Assembly: GCA_965248195.1 (NCBI GenBank)
Contig: CBDFIQ010000001.1
Location: 352,001 to 416,000 of the forward strand
Origin: Longimicrobiales bacterium
GTDB lineage: Bacteria > Gemmatimonadota > Gemmatimonadetes > Longimicrobiales > Gaopeijiaceae
Length of the DNA stretch: 64,000 nucleotides
Direction: 5' to 3'
Shown here: positions 38,021-47,099 of the stretch, one piece after another
How the letters are laid out: every line of letters begins with the position of its first letter
Numbering within the stretch: position 1 is the stretch's first letter
The notes under the pieces: generated by a model
Told to the model about the DNA's origin: nothing
Databases searched by the model: none
What the model saw: the letters and a program-made list of their open reading frames with translations, nothing else
Program-made: the position numbers and the translations under genes

Positions 38021-39912
38021 TTCTTCCATCCCGTAGCCCAGTTCTTTTTACGAGGGGGCGCTGGACGTGCGGGCTTCTCCTCGGCCTCCTCCTCGACGGG
38101 CTCCCGAAGTTTGTCCGCCATCGTGCCGAGCCGCTTCACCAGCGGGTCGCCGAGCGAGTAGAGCGCTGCGAGCGCGTAGACCTCGAGGTCGATGGCCTCG
38201 TTGCGGTCGCGGTTCTGCACGAAAGCGTATACGAACTTCCTACCCTGGCGGACTTTCTTGCGGGTCTCAGCACCGAATTGGGCGAAATACTCCGCGTCCG
38301 CGCCCGTCTTCGTCGGCCCACAAAAGTGCATGTAGCCGGGTCCGCCGGGCTCCTCGCGGGAAGCGGTCAGAGCGAGCCGGCGGAAGATGATCGTCTTGAA
38401 GCTGTGCGTGTTGATCGTCCACGGCTTCACGCGAGACCGATTCGGGCGCTTCAAGCGCTGGAGCGCCTCTCGCACCCGGGCGTCCGCACCCTTCGACGCG
38501 TAGATCCCACGGCCTTCCTTGCCACGGATGAACCGGAACACGCGATCCTGCAAATAACCGGAGTCGATCATCGTCGCGCGAATCCGGAGATCCCGGCCGG
38601 ACTCGTGACGGTACGTCTTCGTGAGCATGTACTCGAGTTCCTGCCAGACCTCGTCCTGCTCCGGATCGCCATGCAGACGTTCGTGCGTGATCAGCCACGA
38701 CTCTTCGCGGTCGCCCCAGCCTTTGACAGCGACCTCGAGCCGGTCGTCCTGGACGTCGACGGACGCGGTGAGCACACCGACGCCGTTCGGTATCTCGGCC
38801 GGGTATTTCTGTGCGGTACTGGCGAGGTCGCCAGGCTCGAACGTCTGGTCTCGTTCCTCCCACGGCTCGCCGAGCTGCAGGTTGATGAACGTCTTCAACT
38901 CCTCGGGGCTGCGCTTCTTCTCGAGCCATAGCGCCGCGAGCTCCGGCCACGTCACCCATGGGGAGTAGAGCGCCGAAATGTGGAAGCCGGGGAAGCGGCC
39001 CTCCGGATTCGTGGCACGCCACTCACCCCCCTCGAGCATCCGGCGCTTTTCGATTTCCTCGATGATCGAGCCGCACTCCCCGCAGACGTACACCGCCGTC
39101 TCGGGCCGATAGACCGTCTCGCCGTCTACCTCCGCACTCTCCCATTTCACGCTCTTCCACACGAGCACCTGGTGCTGATCGCAGTGCGGGCACGGCACGA
39201 AGTACCTGCGCATATCCGACGCGAGCCATTCCGGCCAGATACGGCTCGTCTCCAGATCGCCCGGTGAGGAGACCAGCAAGACCTTGCGGTTCCAGAAGTT
39301 GCGAGTGCGCTGGATGCCGAGGCTCAACGGGTCGCCCTCCGTGCCGGCCGAAGCCGGGTAGCGGTCGATCTCGTCGCCAAGGAAATCGCGGATCGGATCC
39401 GACGACAGATCGGCCGCCGAGTTCGCGCCTACGATCGTCAGGAGGCCTCCCGGGTAAGTCTTCTGGAGCGTCGTGTTGCCCGAGTCACGGGTCCTCGCGT
39501 CCGCCACCTTACCGCGCAGTGCCTTCGAGTCGCGGAGCATCGGAGCCAGCCGCGTCTTGCTCCATCCCTGCGCCTTCTTGAGCGTCGGCTGTACCACCAT
39601 CGCCGGGCATGGGTCCTTGTGGATCCGTGATCCCAAGTAGTTCATCACCACTTCGGTCTTCCCGACCTGAGACGCGGAAGCCCACACCACCTTACGCACC
39701 AAGGGATCGCCGAGCGTGTCCATGATTTCGCGGAGGTACGGCACACGACTCGTGCGCCATGGCCCCGGCTCAGGACACGACTCGGGCGAGAGGACGCGGT
39801 AGCGGTCCGCCCATTCGGAGACCGTCATGCGGACCGGCGGCTGGAGACGGGCACGTATCTCTTCCGCGCCGACCGCATGGGCCCGGGCGCGGGAGTCCGC
39901 GACCACGCTCAC
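38017..39912 (-). CDS. Terminase large subunit, lambda GpA family
   Basis: SQVGKTE, GDEIDRY, VPCPHC, VDVQDDRLE, RNEAID. Confidence 0.96.
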   Translation of the reverse strand: MSVVADSRARAHAVGAEEIRARLQPPVRMTVSEWADRYRVLSPESCPEPGPWRTSRVPYLREIMDTLGDPLVRKVVWASASQVGKTEVVMNYLGSRIHKDPCPAMVVQPTLKKAQGWSKTRLAPMLRDSKALRGKVADARTRDSGNTTLQKTYPGGLLTIVGANSAADLSSDPIRDFLGDEIDRYPASAGTEGDPLSLGIQRTRNFWNRKVLLVSSPGDLETSRIWPEWLASDMRRYFVPCPHCDQHQVLVWKSVKWESAEVDGETVYRPETAVYVCGECGSIIEEIEKRRMLEGGEWRATNPEGRFPGFHISALYSPWVTWPELAALWLEKKRSPEELKTFINLQLGEPWEERDQTFEPGDLASTAQKYPAEIPNGVGVLTASVDVQDDRLEVAVKGWGDREESWLITHERLHGDPEQDEVWQELEYMLTKTYRHESGRDLRIRATMIDSGYLQDRVFRFIRGKEGRGIYASKGADARVREALQRLKRPNRSRVKPWTINTHSFKTIIFRRLALTASREEPGGPGYMHFCGPTKTGADAEYFAQFGAETRKKVRQGRKFVYAFVQNRDRNEAIDLEVYALAALYSLGDPLVKRLGTMADKLREPVEEEAEEKPARPAPPRKKNWATGWKK

Positions 39913-40553
39913 GCGGCAGGCTCCATCTCGTCCACGATGCGCTTGGCCAGCTTCGGCCCGATGCCCTTGATCCGGGTCACATCCCCAAGCGCGCGGAGCT
40001 GGGCGAAGGTCTCCACCCCCGCAGCGACAAGCGCCCGATACCCTGGAAAGTCCTCCGGGAGGGGATCGGCCGCAGCTTCGCCTTCCAGTTCGAGCGAATC
40101 AGCGACGCTCGCCATATCCCTGAGCAACCCCTCGCTGCACACCCGCATCGCTTCCGTCCCTTCCGCCGGCGTCGGGATGCCGACAACCTGCGGGCCCCAC
40201 GATCCGGGCACAGACAACAGTGCCGCACGGAACGCGTCGGCTACCTTGCCCACGACGGTGCGATGGTCAGCGATGGCGATGAGTTCGCCCTCCGCCTTCG
40301 CCACCTCGATTCGACGACGCCGCACTTCGAGCTCCGCCTGCTCGAGCTTGGCCCGGCCCAGCGCTGAATCGGACGGGCGAACACGCTCACGCTCGCGCTC
40401 TACGTACCAGGCGACCGCTTCGCGCAGATCGTAGAGGCGTGTGCCCCGCCGACCCGGCTTCGATGGCAAACCCAGGTCGTCGAAGTTTCGTATTTGGCGG
40501 CCCGTAAGGCTCAACACCTCGGCCAACTCCTTCTGTGTGACCTCAAGGGTCAT
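39909..40553 (-). CDS. Terminase small subunit (Nu1-like wHTH) with C-terminal HhH
   Basis: TQKELAEVL...YDLREAVAWY; IKGIGPK. Confidence 0.85.
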   Translation of the reverse strand: MTLEVTQKELAEVLSLTGRQIRNFDDLGLPSKPGRRGTRLYDLREAVAWYVERERERVRPSDSALGRAKLEQAELEVRRRRIEVAKAEGELIAIADHRTVVGKVADAFRAALLSVPGSWGPQVVGIPTPAEGTEAMRVCSEGLLRDMASVADSLELEGEAAADPLPEDFPGYRALVAAGVETFAQLRALGDVTRIKGIGPKLAKRIVDEMEPAA

Positions 40554-40559
40554 AGGAAA

Positions 40560-40650
40560 CGGAAATCAGTTTTTTCAACCCCCGTCGCTAGCGAAATTCG
40601 GCTCTCTTGCGTGACCCGTCGGGGGAAGTGACGAGAAGGACCCGCGACGA
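40560..40650 (-). other. Probable cos/packaging site region
   Basis: Intergenic region upstream of terS; CGGGTCCTTC...ACGGGT...TTCGCTAG, a layout typical of GpA-type phages. Confidence 0.45.
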
Positions 40651-40668
40651 TCTAACCGGCAGTCCCGC

Positions 40669-41346
40669 TCACCGCGCTGTCCTCACCGCCCGATCGAAGC
40701 TCGCCTCGAAGTTGCTCTCGAAGCTCTGCTCGAACACGGTCTGGGCCGTGACCTCGAACTCGAGCGAGGGCTCGATTTCGGCTTTCGGCGTGAACGAGAA
40801 GAGCATCCTGAGCTTTCCGACGCGACGCTGACCCCGTGGCTTACGCTTTCCCCCACGCCGTCCAAGCCGCTGCAATATCGCCCCGGTGCCGTCGGACTTG
40901 CGGATCATGAACGTGCGCTTCTTGCCCCTGTGGACCTCGGCCCTCGGGCCGCTGCCCCAGCGTTCGAACTCCAGACGCCGGGGTCGCATGACCCTCGACA
41001 CCACACCGGTCTTGCCCCTCCGCACTTCATCGGGCACGGCCAGGCGTGTGCCACGAGGCCGCACTGTCCCGCCCTCCTCGAACTTGAACAAGAACCCACG
41101 GCTTGGGTCGATTTCTACGATGGCCTCGAGGTCTCGCTTCGTGCTGAACTTGCTGACCTTCACGCCCTGCAGCACGTAGGGCCTGCGGATCGTGAAGCGC
41201 CGGCGCATCCCGTCGCGCTGCACAGCCTGGATTCCTTTGGCGGTGTGATTGATCGCCAGCGACGTGGCAAACGGCACCTGGTCGCGGAACAGGAAGCGGA
41301 GCGACCGCACGACCTCGGCCGCATTGGTATCCACGTCGATTCTCAT
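40669..41346 (-). CDS. Phage minor tail/completion protein (gpZ-like)
   Basis: QVPFATSLAINHTAK; basic protein; first gene of the late operon. Confidence 0.65.
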   Translation of the reverse strand: MRIDVDTNAAEVVRSLRFLFRDQVPFATSLAINHTAKGIQAVQRDGMRRRFTIRRPYVLQGVKVSKFSTKRDLEAIVEIDPSRGFLFKFEEGGTVRPRGTRLAVPDEVRRGKTGVVSRVMRPRRLEFERWGSGPRAEVHRGKKRTFMIRKSDGTGAILQRLGRRGGKRKPRGQRRVGKLRMLFSFTPKAEIEPSLEFEVTAQTVFEQSFESNFEASFDRAVRTAR

Positions 41347-41458
41347 GCCACCGCCCTCCGGTCATGCCCCTCGACCGTGATGTGCCCCAAGTTATCGGGC
41401 CCGAGCATGGAAGTATTCGGTGCTATTTGGCACCTCTGTGACGCCCTTCGCATGAATG

Positions 41459-41582
41459 AAAAAACCCGACACCTCGATCCCCTTGCGCTCTCTGGGGGTC
41501 GTGGTGCCGGGGTCCCGGTATGGGGTGCCCGACGTCGCTTTTACTGTCTACAAAGCTAGGGCTTCTGGTCCTGCCGGGTCAA
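41459..41582 (-). promoter_or_regulatory. Late promoter with structured leader ending in an intrinsic terminator
   Basis: TTGACC-18-TAGCTT; CCCGGCACC-ACGACCCC...GGGGATCG-AGGTGTCGGG hairpin followed by a U tract. Confidence 0.6.
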
Positions 41583-41684
41583 CAGGAGCAGGTCGTCTCG
41601 TGCATCACGTGTTGTTATCGTGTTCCGTAACGCGATAATGCACGATCAAAATGATGGGTAGTGTACTAATTACCCTCGAAGGGC

Positions 41685-41891
41685 CTATTCGCCATCCTCG
41701 GATGCGACCGGCTGCCGTGTGATCCGTCCCTTGTACATCTCAAGATTCGTCGCGATGGCCTTTTTCAGTAGTTCGTAATCGGCCTCGCTCATGGGGATTG
41801 GCATCCGCAAAGTAGCAGTTCCGCCATCCAGTAGAACCGGGAGATCAAACGGTTCACTAGCTCTCATGCGGTACCCCCTTTGTGGACCCAT
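41685..41891 (-). CDS. Small hypothetical protein
   Basis: PFDLPVLLDGG-TATLRMPIPMSEADYELL; true start may lie further downstream. Confidence 0.5.
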   Translation of the reverse strand: MGPQRGYRMRASEPFDLPVLLDGGTATLRMPIPMSEADYELLKKAIATNLEMYKGRITRQPVASEDGE

Positions 41892-42369
41892 GAGCCAACG
41901 TTCTGAGAAACGCTAGGATCAACCGAAGGGACGGGGGTAGGCGGTCGCGTTCGTTGCCCGCAAAGGTGATGACCGTGACCTCCTGCCCCCAACTCGTATA
42001 CCGACGAGTCACGTCCTCAATGTACCGGACGTGACGGGCGAGACGATGGGCATGTGAGTCAAATGCTCCAGCCATCGGGCGGTTCAACCATAGCCACAGG
42101 TGGCCAGCGTCCCGCTCCCCGCCCTGTCTTACATGGCCCGCGCAGGACTGAAGGGTGCAGACGCCCGGTAGCGCGTTGATGCGGTCGCACCACGGTACAA
42201 TATCGGGATCAGGGTAACCGACACCGCCGGAATCTCCCTCTGGGACGAGCTGTACCTTCGCCTCACCCCACGACGCCAAAACAAATTCCTTGTCGGCGTT
42301 AGTCAGCCATCGATTCTCTGAAAACAGATTTTCGCGTGTCAACCCCTTCGGCCCCTTCTCAAGATTCAA
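41857..42369 (-). CDS. TYW3/Taw3-like fold protein
   Basis: DPDIVPWCDRINALPGVCTLQSCAGH resembles DxxI...IN...TxSSCSGR. Confidence 0.5.
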   Translation of the reverse strand: MNLEKGPKGLTRENLFSENRWLTNADKEFVLASWGEAKVQLVPEGDSGGVGYPDPDIVPWCDRINALPGVCTLQSCAGHVRQGGERDAGHLWLWLNRPMAGAFDSHAHRLARHVRYIEDVTRRYTSWGQEVTVITFAGNERDRLPPSLRLILAFLRTLAHGSTKGVPHES

Positions 42370-42599
42370 ACTGACCCACTACCAAGTAGAAGGGAGGTGG
42401 TGCCTATGATATTCTGATGCCCCTGGTCAAAGCCCCAGGGGCCACCTTCCCGGTTTGTTTGGTCGTTGGGTCGGCTGGCATTTGCGAACGGCTCGGATGT
42501 TCTCCAGACGGGCCAGTCGGTCCAGCGGCCAAGCATTCGGAATATACGGTGTTGTGCGCCGTTCGTGAAGTATCCTGCATCCGTTAAGGGGGTAGAGTA

Positions 42600-43205
42600 G
42601 TGCCTAATCCTGACCAGAGCCTCGACCAGTTTCTGGCCGAATTGGAGGCGGAGTACGCGGCTCTCGGCGACAAGATCGCCTTCATCCGTGAGCGCCTTGG
42701 TCTTGAGCCGGGCCAGGGGGATACGGGGCCGCTCCAGTCGTTCGGTATGGCATCTAATGGCTCTCGATCCTCTGGCACGGTCCGGGGTGACGAGTTTTTC
42801 GGCATGTCGCTCCCAGACGCAATCAGGGCCTATCTCGCAATTGTCAAGAAGCCCCAAACGCCAAAACAGATAGAGACGGCCATTCTCTCCGGTGGCCTCA
42901 TCACCACGGCAAAGTACTTCTATGCCAACGTCTTTACGGCGCTCAAGCGGCTCCGGGAGTCTGAAGAGGTTATTCAGGTGCCAGGCAGCGGCTATGGGCT
43001 GGCGGAGTGGTATAAGGGCCGGACGATGACGCCCGAGCAGGGAGCGGCAGTCAAGACCAAGGCCACGAAGCGCCCCAAAAAGAAGGCCAAGAAGCCGCCG
43101 ACCGCCTACCAGCGCTTCGTCTCGGAGCAGTTGAAACAAGGTAAGACAATGAGTGACGCCGCTGCTGCCTGGCGTGCCCAAAAGGCTGCTATGGACACGT
43201 CCTAG
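42600..43205 (+). CDS. HARE-HTH-like protein with C-terminal HMG/YABBY-like motif
   Basis: MSLPDAIRAYL...GYGLAEWY; KKPPTAYQRFVSEQLK...AAAAWR. Confidence 0.7.
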   Translation: MPNPDQSLDQFLAELEAEYAALGDKIAFIRERLGLEPGQGDTGPLQSFGMASNGSRSSGTVRGDEFFGMSLPDAIRAYLAIVKKPQTPKQIETAILSGGLITTAKYFYANVFTALKRLRESEEVIQVPGSGYGLAEWYKGRTMTPEQGAAVKTKATKRPKKKAKKPPTAYQRFVSEQLKQGKTMSDAAAAWRAQKAAMDTS

Positions 43206-43813
43206 CGCCCCCACACACGAACCCCCGTAGCTCGTCCGGTCTGTCACCGATCAAAACCCTGCGGTTGCGCTGGTGCACGCAAGTATGTTATTGTCCTAGT
43301 TTGAAGTGGTCGGCTTGATCCGCTTCCGCTGTTCAGCACTACGGACACGCGGGTTTTCGTCAGTTCAGCCGCCGCCGGGCTCGCCTTCAGACTACTGGAG
43401 ACGACATCGGGAAGCGGTGATTTGGCCTTGAAGATGTTGGTGATGGCCAATCACGCCCCCGTTGAGGTGGTGGTAGGAACTGCTGGTAGACGAACCTCCC
43501 GCCTTTTTAGCTCTTTATCAGGAAGAAGAGCTGTGCGCAGGCGACGAAGAGGGTCAGGAAGGTGAGAACGACGACGACCCGGGTCAGGACGGTCGTGGTC
43601 CGGTTCAATCGCTCCACAAAACGCTTGGTGAGGACCGTGTTCAGCGTGATGCATCGATTACTCGCCATGAGCCTGACGTGGCCGCTACGGATAGCGGTAG
43701 TAGAGCTAGAGCACAGTACATCCAGGTTCCTGCAAGTAGCTCCTGTCCTTGAATGCGACGTTGACTTGTTTCCTCTGCGGGCCAGGCGGAACGGTTCGCG
43801 GAGTACAACCCCG

Positions 43814-44026
43814 TCATGAGCCGGCGGGTCCTGCGGCCACGGTTTCCCGCTCCGTGTCCCCTCGCTCGTCCGTGCTGTCCAATGTCCGCCATTCCACGGT
43901 CCGGATACGGCCCGTTTTGAAGTGCACGTACAGGTGGCCCGTGTGCTCGTTCTCCGGCAGCAGACGTAGCCGTGCGTCCACGATCTCCTGGAGCACCCGG
44001 CGGACCTCGGTGTCGCTGCTCACCAC
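43814..44026 (-). CDS. Phage hypothetical protein
   Basis: HTGHLYVHFKTGRI; coupled to neighbours. Confidence 0.55.
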   Translation of the reverse strand: MVSSDTEVRRVLQEIVDARLRLLPENEHTGHLYVHFKTGRIRTVEWRTLDSTDERGDTERETVAAGPAGS

Positions 44027-44202
44027 CCCATGTTCCTCACGATCCAGCGCCAGGCCCAGACGTTCAGCGGGATCACCGATAGCAGCAGCCCGCTCAGAAG
44101 GCCGACCAGGATGAGCGTCGTCACCACGCCATAGAACGTCTTGCGGATGCGGGTGCCTGGGGGAAGACCCGGCTTCATCGTGGTCTTGCCGTTGCGCCTC
44201 AC
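44020..44202 (-). CDS. Small membrane protein
   Basis: GGAGGT SD; one TM segment. Confidence 0.5.
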   Translation of the reverse strand: MRRNGKTTMKPGLPPGTRIRKTFYGVVTTLILVGLLSGLLLSVIPLNVWAWRWIVRNMGW

Positions 44203-44411
44203 GCCACCTCCCTCACGTCCCGGTGAACTCGGTTCAACAACCGCGAGAATCCATTCATGTTTCGGGATCTTCTGGTTCGACTTCTTGATGGTCGGGCTCT
44301 TCGCTACCGGGAGCTAACGGCTTAGGGCTCACCGCACGGGGCGATCGGAGCGATTGGCAAGAGGTCCAAGATGCCCTGCCTGGGGGCAGCACATCCCGAA
44401 CCGGTAGTGTC

Positions 44412-44957
44412 CTAATTTGAATCTGGTAGCCGCCCCATATTGGTTCTCATCTTTGGGAGCGCGTCTCCAGGGCCGTCGTGGCGGAAGGCGACAAGACGAA
44501 TCGCCATGTCTGCTGCCCGGCTTTCTACGTGCCGGATAGCCGTGCGGAGATTTGGGGTACGGTCAGTAAGGTAGTTGGAAAGTTCGTTGTCCGGGACGAT
44601 GATGATGCCGGCGTCGATCACGCCCGCCATGAGGTCGTCACGAAGGTGAATCACGTCCACGGCCAGTAGGTCGCTCCGGCCAGAGACTTGAACCTCAACC
44701 CCGACCTTCGCGCCGCTATCGTTGGCCTTCGACCAATCGATCCCCCCGACTGTCACTTTGGTCCATCCGCCAGCTTGCTCGAAGCCCGCGTCGATCATCT
44801 CCCTGAGTCCCTTTGTGCCGTTCGCGTGCTTCTTCTCCTCAACCCGTAGGTCGACCTCAAGCGTTGCTATCGCCTCGTTTACGAGTTCGTCGAGGCCGAG
44901 CCTGGTGCTCCGTGCCCCGAAGCCGTTGTAGTCACGTACAGTGGTGACCTTTGCCAC
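44412..44957 (-). CDS. Type II restriction endonuclease, BglII/BstYI-like
   Basis: IDWSK...VGVEVQ...IDAGIIIVP (D..ExQ); follows the MTase. Confidence 0.7.
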   Translation of the reverse strand: MAKVTTVRDYNGFGARSTRLGLDELVNEAIATLEVDLRVEEKKHANGTKGLREMIDAGFEQAGGWTKVTVGGIDWSKANDSGAKVGVEVQVSGRSDLLAVDVIHLRDDLMAGVIDAGIIIVPDNELSNYLTDRTPNLRTAIRHVESRAADMAIRLVAFRHDGPGDALPKMRTNMGRLPDSN

Positions 44958-44959
44958 GG

Positions 44960-45895
44960 TCAGGACGCCACGGCGTCCAAGGTAGGAGCGTCCCGGGACT
45001 CCTCCACGTGGTCGTCGTTCTGGTGGTGCTTGATACCGCCGTTAAGCCTGGCGATCGTGGCGTCAGGTGACTCAATTTCGATCCCGATCCAATGCCGATG
45101 CCTTTGCTCGCAGACAGAATAGGTAGTCCCACTTCCCCCGAAGGGGTCGAGTACCAAGTCGCCAGGATACGTGCTGATCTCCACAATCCGCTCGATCAGT
45201 TTCGTGCTCACAGCATTAGCGCTCCGCTCGCTCGGCTTGAACTTCGAGTGACGGACCGGCGGGATGTCTGTCCACACATCCTTGAGGTTCACGCCGTTGA
45301 GATTCATGGCGCTACGGTGCCCGCCGTAGTCCCGGATCTCGCCGCCGCAGTGCCGGCAGGTCTCGATCGGGGTCCTGATCCGCTGGAAGCGACCCGGCTT
45401 TCCTTTTGTGAAGTAGAGAAGCGAGTAGTGGGCCGGATAGAGCCTGCCGGTGATCGGCAGGCAGCTCTTCTGCTCCACGGCGATCCAATGCCGGAAGTCG
45501 AGTCCCCGGACGGACAGGAACGCCCCGAGGTGGATATTCCACTTTGGCAGATTGTACACGAAGATCGCGCCCCCAGGCTGGACGATGCGGATGCACTCGT
45601 CGAGCCAGCCGTAGCACCATTCCAGGTAATCGTCCTCGGGATGGTCGTCGGAGCTTTTCGCGCCGTACTTTTTGTTGAGGTTGAAGGGTGGGTCGGCGAA
45701 GACGGCATCAACGGTCTCAGATTCGATGGCAGGCAGAATATCCATACAGTCCGCTTGGTAGAGTCGGCCCAGGTCGGTCACCACCACCGGCTCAATCGCT
45801 AGGCGTCCTTCTGCCATTAATCCCCCCTCCGTTCGTCGTGGGTTTTCTGCCTCGTATCCTGCATGATCGAGGCCTGGAGCGCCAGTGTCGGTCAT
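44960..45895 (-). CDS. N4-cytosine/N6 DNA methyltransferase, M.BamHI-like (beta class)
   Basis: FADPPFN, RLYPAHYSLLY, TCRHCGGEIRDYGG, DPFGGSGTT. Confidence 0.9.
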   Translation of the reverse strand: MTDTGAPGLDHAGYEAENPRRTEGGLMAEGRLAIEPVVVTDLGRLYQADCMDILPAIESETVDAVFADPPFNLNKKYGAKSSDDHPEDDYLEWCYGWLDECIRIVQPGGAIFVYNLPKWNIHLGAFLSVRGLDFRHWIAVEQKSCLPITGRLYPAHYSLLYFTKGKPGRFQRIRTPIETCRHCGGEIRDYGGHRSAMNLNGVNLKDVWTDIPPVRHSKFKPSERSANAVSTKLIERIVEISTYPGDLVLDPFGGSGTTYSVCEQRHRHWIGIEIESPDATIARLNGGIKHHQNDDHVEESRDAPTLDAVAS

Positions 45896-46551
45896 GCCAC
45901 CTCCCTCACGTCGCGGTAGGCCCGGATGAACGCCGCCGCGACTTGCGGGACGATCGCGTTGCCGTAGGCGCGCAGGCGTCCCACGCGGTTGGGAACCCCA
46001 TGAGCCAGCGGGAATGTGCCGGATTCAACGCGCCGCGCTTTCCCGTCCCCGCACGGGATGTACTCACCTGCCCAGGTAGCGCCAGGTTGCCCGCCCCGTG
46101 AGATGCGCGGTCCTTCGAGTCTCCCATCGTCGGCCTCGCCCAGCCCGCCATCTGTGCTGCCGCTCCGAGCGTCAGACCCGCTCCGTTGCCGTTGATTCCC
46201 TTCGCCTTCAAGCGCTCGACGCGCTCCAGGTGCTTCTCCGGGTCGCAACCCACGTTGAACGCTTGAGCGTCCGGCGTCGGCCACCCTGCGGCGAGCGCCA
46301 TCGTCTTGCGGCTGCTGTCGTTGTTGCCCGCTGCGTTGTATCCCTTCTGCGCTGGTGTCCCGGCCATCGGCGTCGCCCAGCCCGCCATCTGGGCCGCTGC
46401 TTTTAGGTCCAGGTTGTGACCGCTCACGCTGCCGATTTTGACGAACGTCTCCAGTGCCTCGTTGCTGTATTGGCGCATATCGTTCCTCCGCGATCAGGTT
46501 CCGCAGCCACTCGGCGGCATACGGCTCGATCTCGTTGTAGTAGGCTCTCAC
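45892..46551 (-). pseudogene. Phage C5-cytosine methyltransferase with catalytic core deleted
   Basis: N-terminal [18 protein letters not shown] and C-terminal [14 protein letters not shown] present; PC/ENV motifs absent. Confidence 0.8.
45906..46478 (-). CDS. Overlapping alternative-frame MTase beta-like polypeptide (WPTP repeats, motif IX)
   Basis: GWATP/GWPTP/GWARP repeats; [16 protein letters not shown]. Confidence 0.6.
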   Translation of the reverse strand: MRQYSNEALETFVKIGSVSGHNLDLKAAAQMAGWATPMAGTPAQKGYNAAGNNDSSRKTMALAAGWPTPDAQAFNVGCDPEKHLERVERLKAKGINGNGAGLTLGAAAQMAGWARPTMGDSKDRASHGAGNLALPGQVSTSRAGTGKRGALNPAHSRWLMGFPTAWDACAPTATRSSRKSRRRSSGPTAT

Positions 46552-46628
46552 GACGCTTCATGCCTCATCGCTCGCTCGGGGTGTGGGTGACAGAACATCA
46601 GCATTGGCAAGGCCGATGTGTGAAGGCG

Positions 46629-47099
46629 TTAACTGGCATCGGAGGTCTCCCGGTTCGGGCTACTGATTCTTTCTGGCTCACCGTGCCGCTCGACCAAGAA
46701 GCTTAGGTGGTCGACGATCATCGAATGGAACGGATACTCCCGGCCTTGGTCGGTGTGCTCGTGGAAGCGCATCGAATATTTCAAGAGCAGTCCGAGGCGC
46801 ATCATGGTTTTGGCCGCGATGACCTGGTGGGCGAGCAGTCGGGTCTGCGTGATCAGATCGTCTCCAGTCGGGGCGGGTGCCGTCTGCAGGTCCCGGATCA
46901 CCGGATGATCTTTGAGATTTGCAGAGTACAGTCGTCCGGTGGTCGCACGCTCGCGCACGGCCTGGTATTGCCATCCGATGGCCGGCCACTCGAAGTCTTC
47001 GATGAACGCGAACGCCTCCTTGGCGAGCTTTCGATCGAAAAGCGCGAACCTCACGAGTTCGGTCGCGGCCGCTTCTGCGCTCTCCATCAGGTGGGCCAT
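46629..47099 (-). CDS. Phage hypothetical protein
   Basis: GAGGAG SD; overlaps the helicase stop. Confidence 0.6.
   Translation of the reverse strand: MAHLMESAEAAATELVRFALFDRKLAKEAFAFIEDFEWPAIGWQYQAVRERATTGRLYSANLKDHPVIRDLQTAPAPTGDDLITQTRLLAHQVIAAKTMMRLGLLLKYSMRFHEHTDQGREYPFHSMIVDHLSFLVERHGEPERISSPNRETSDAS

Noticed and set aside
42366..43247. 293-aa minus-strand ORF
   Set aside because: Antisense to the better-supported 42600-43205 gene
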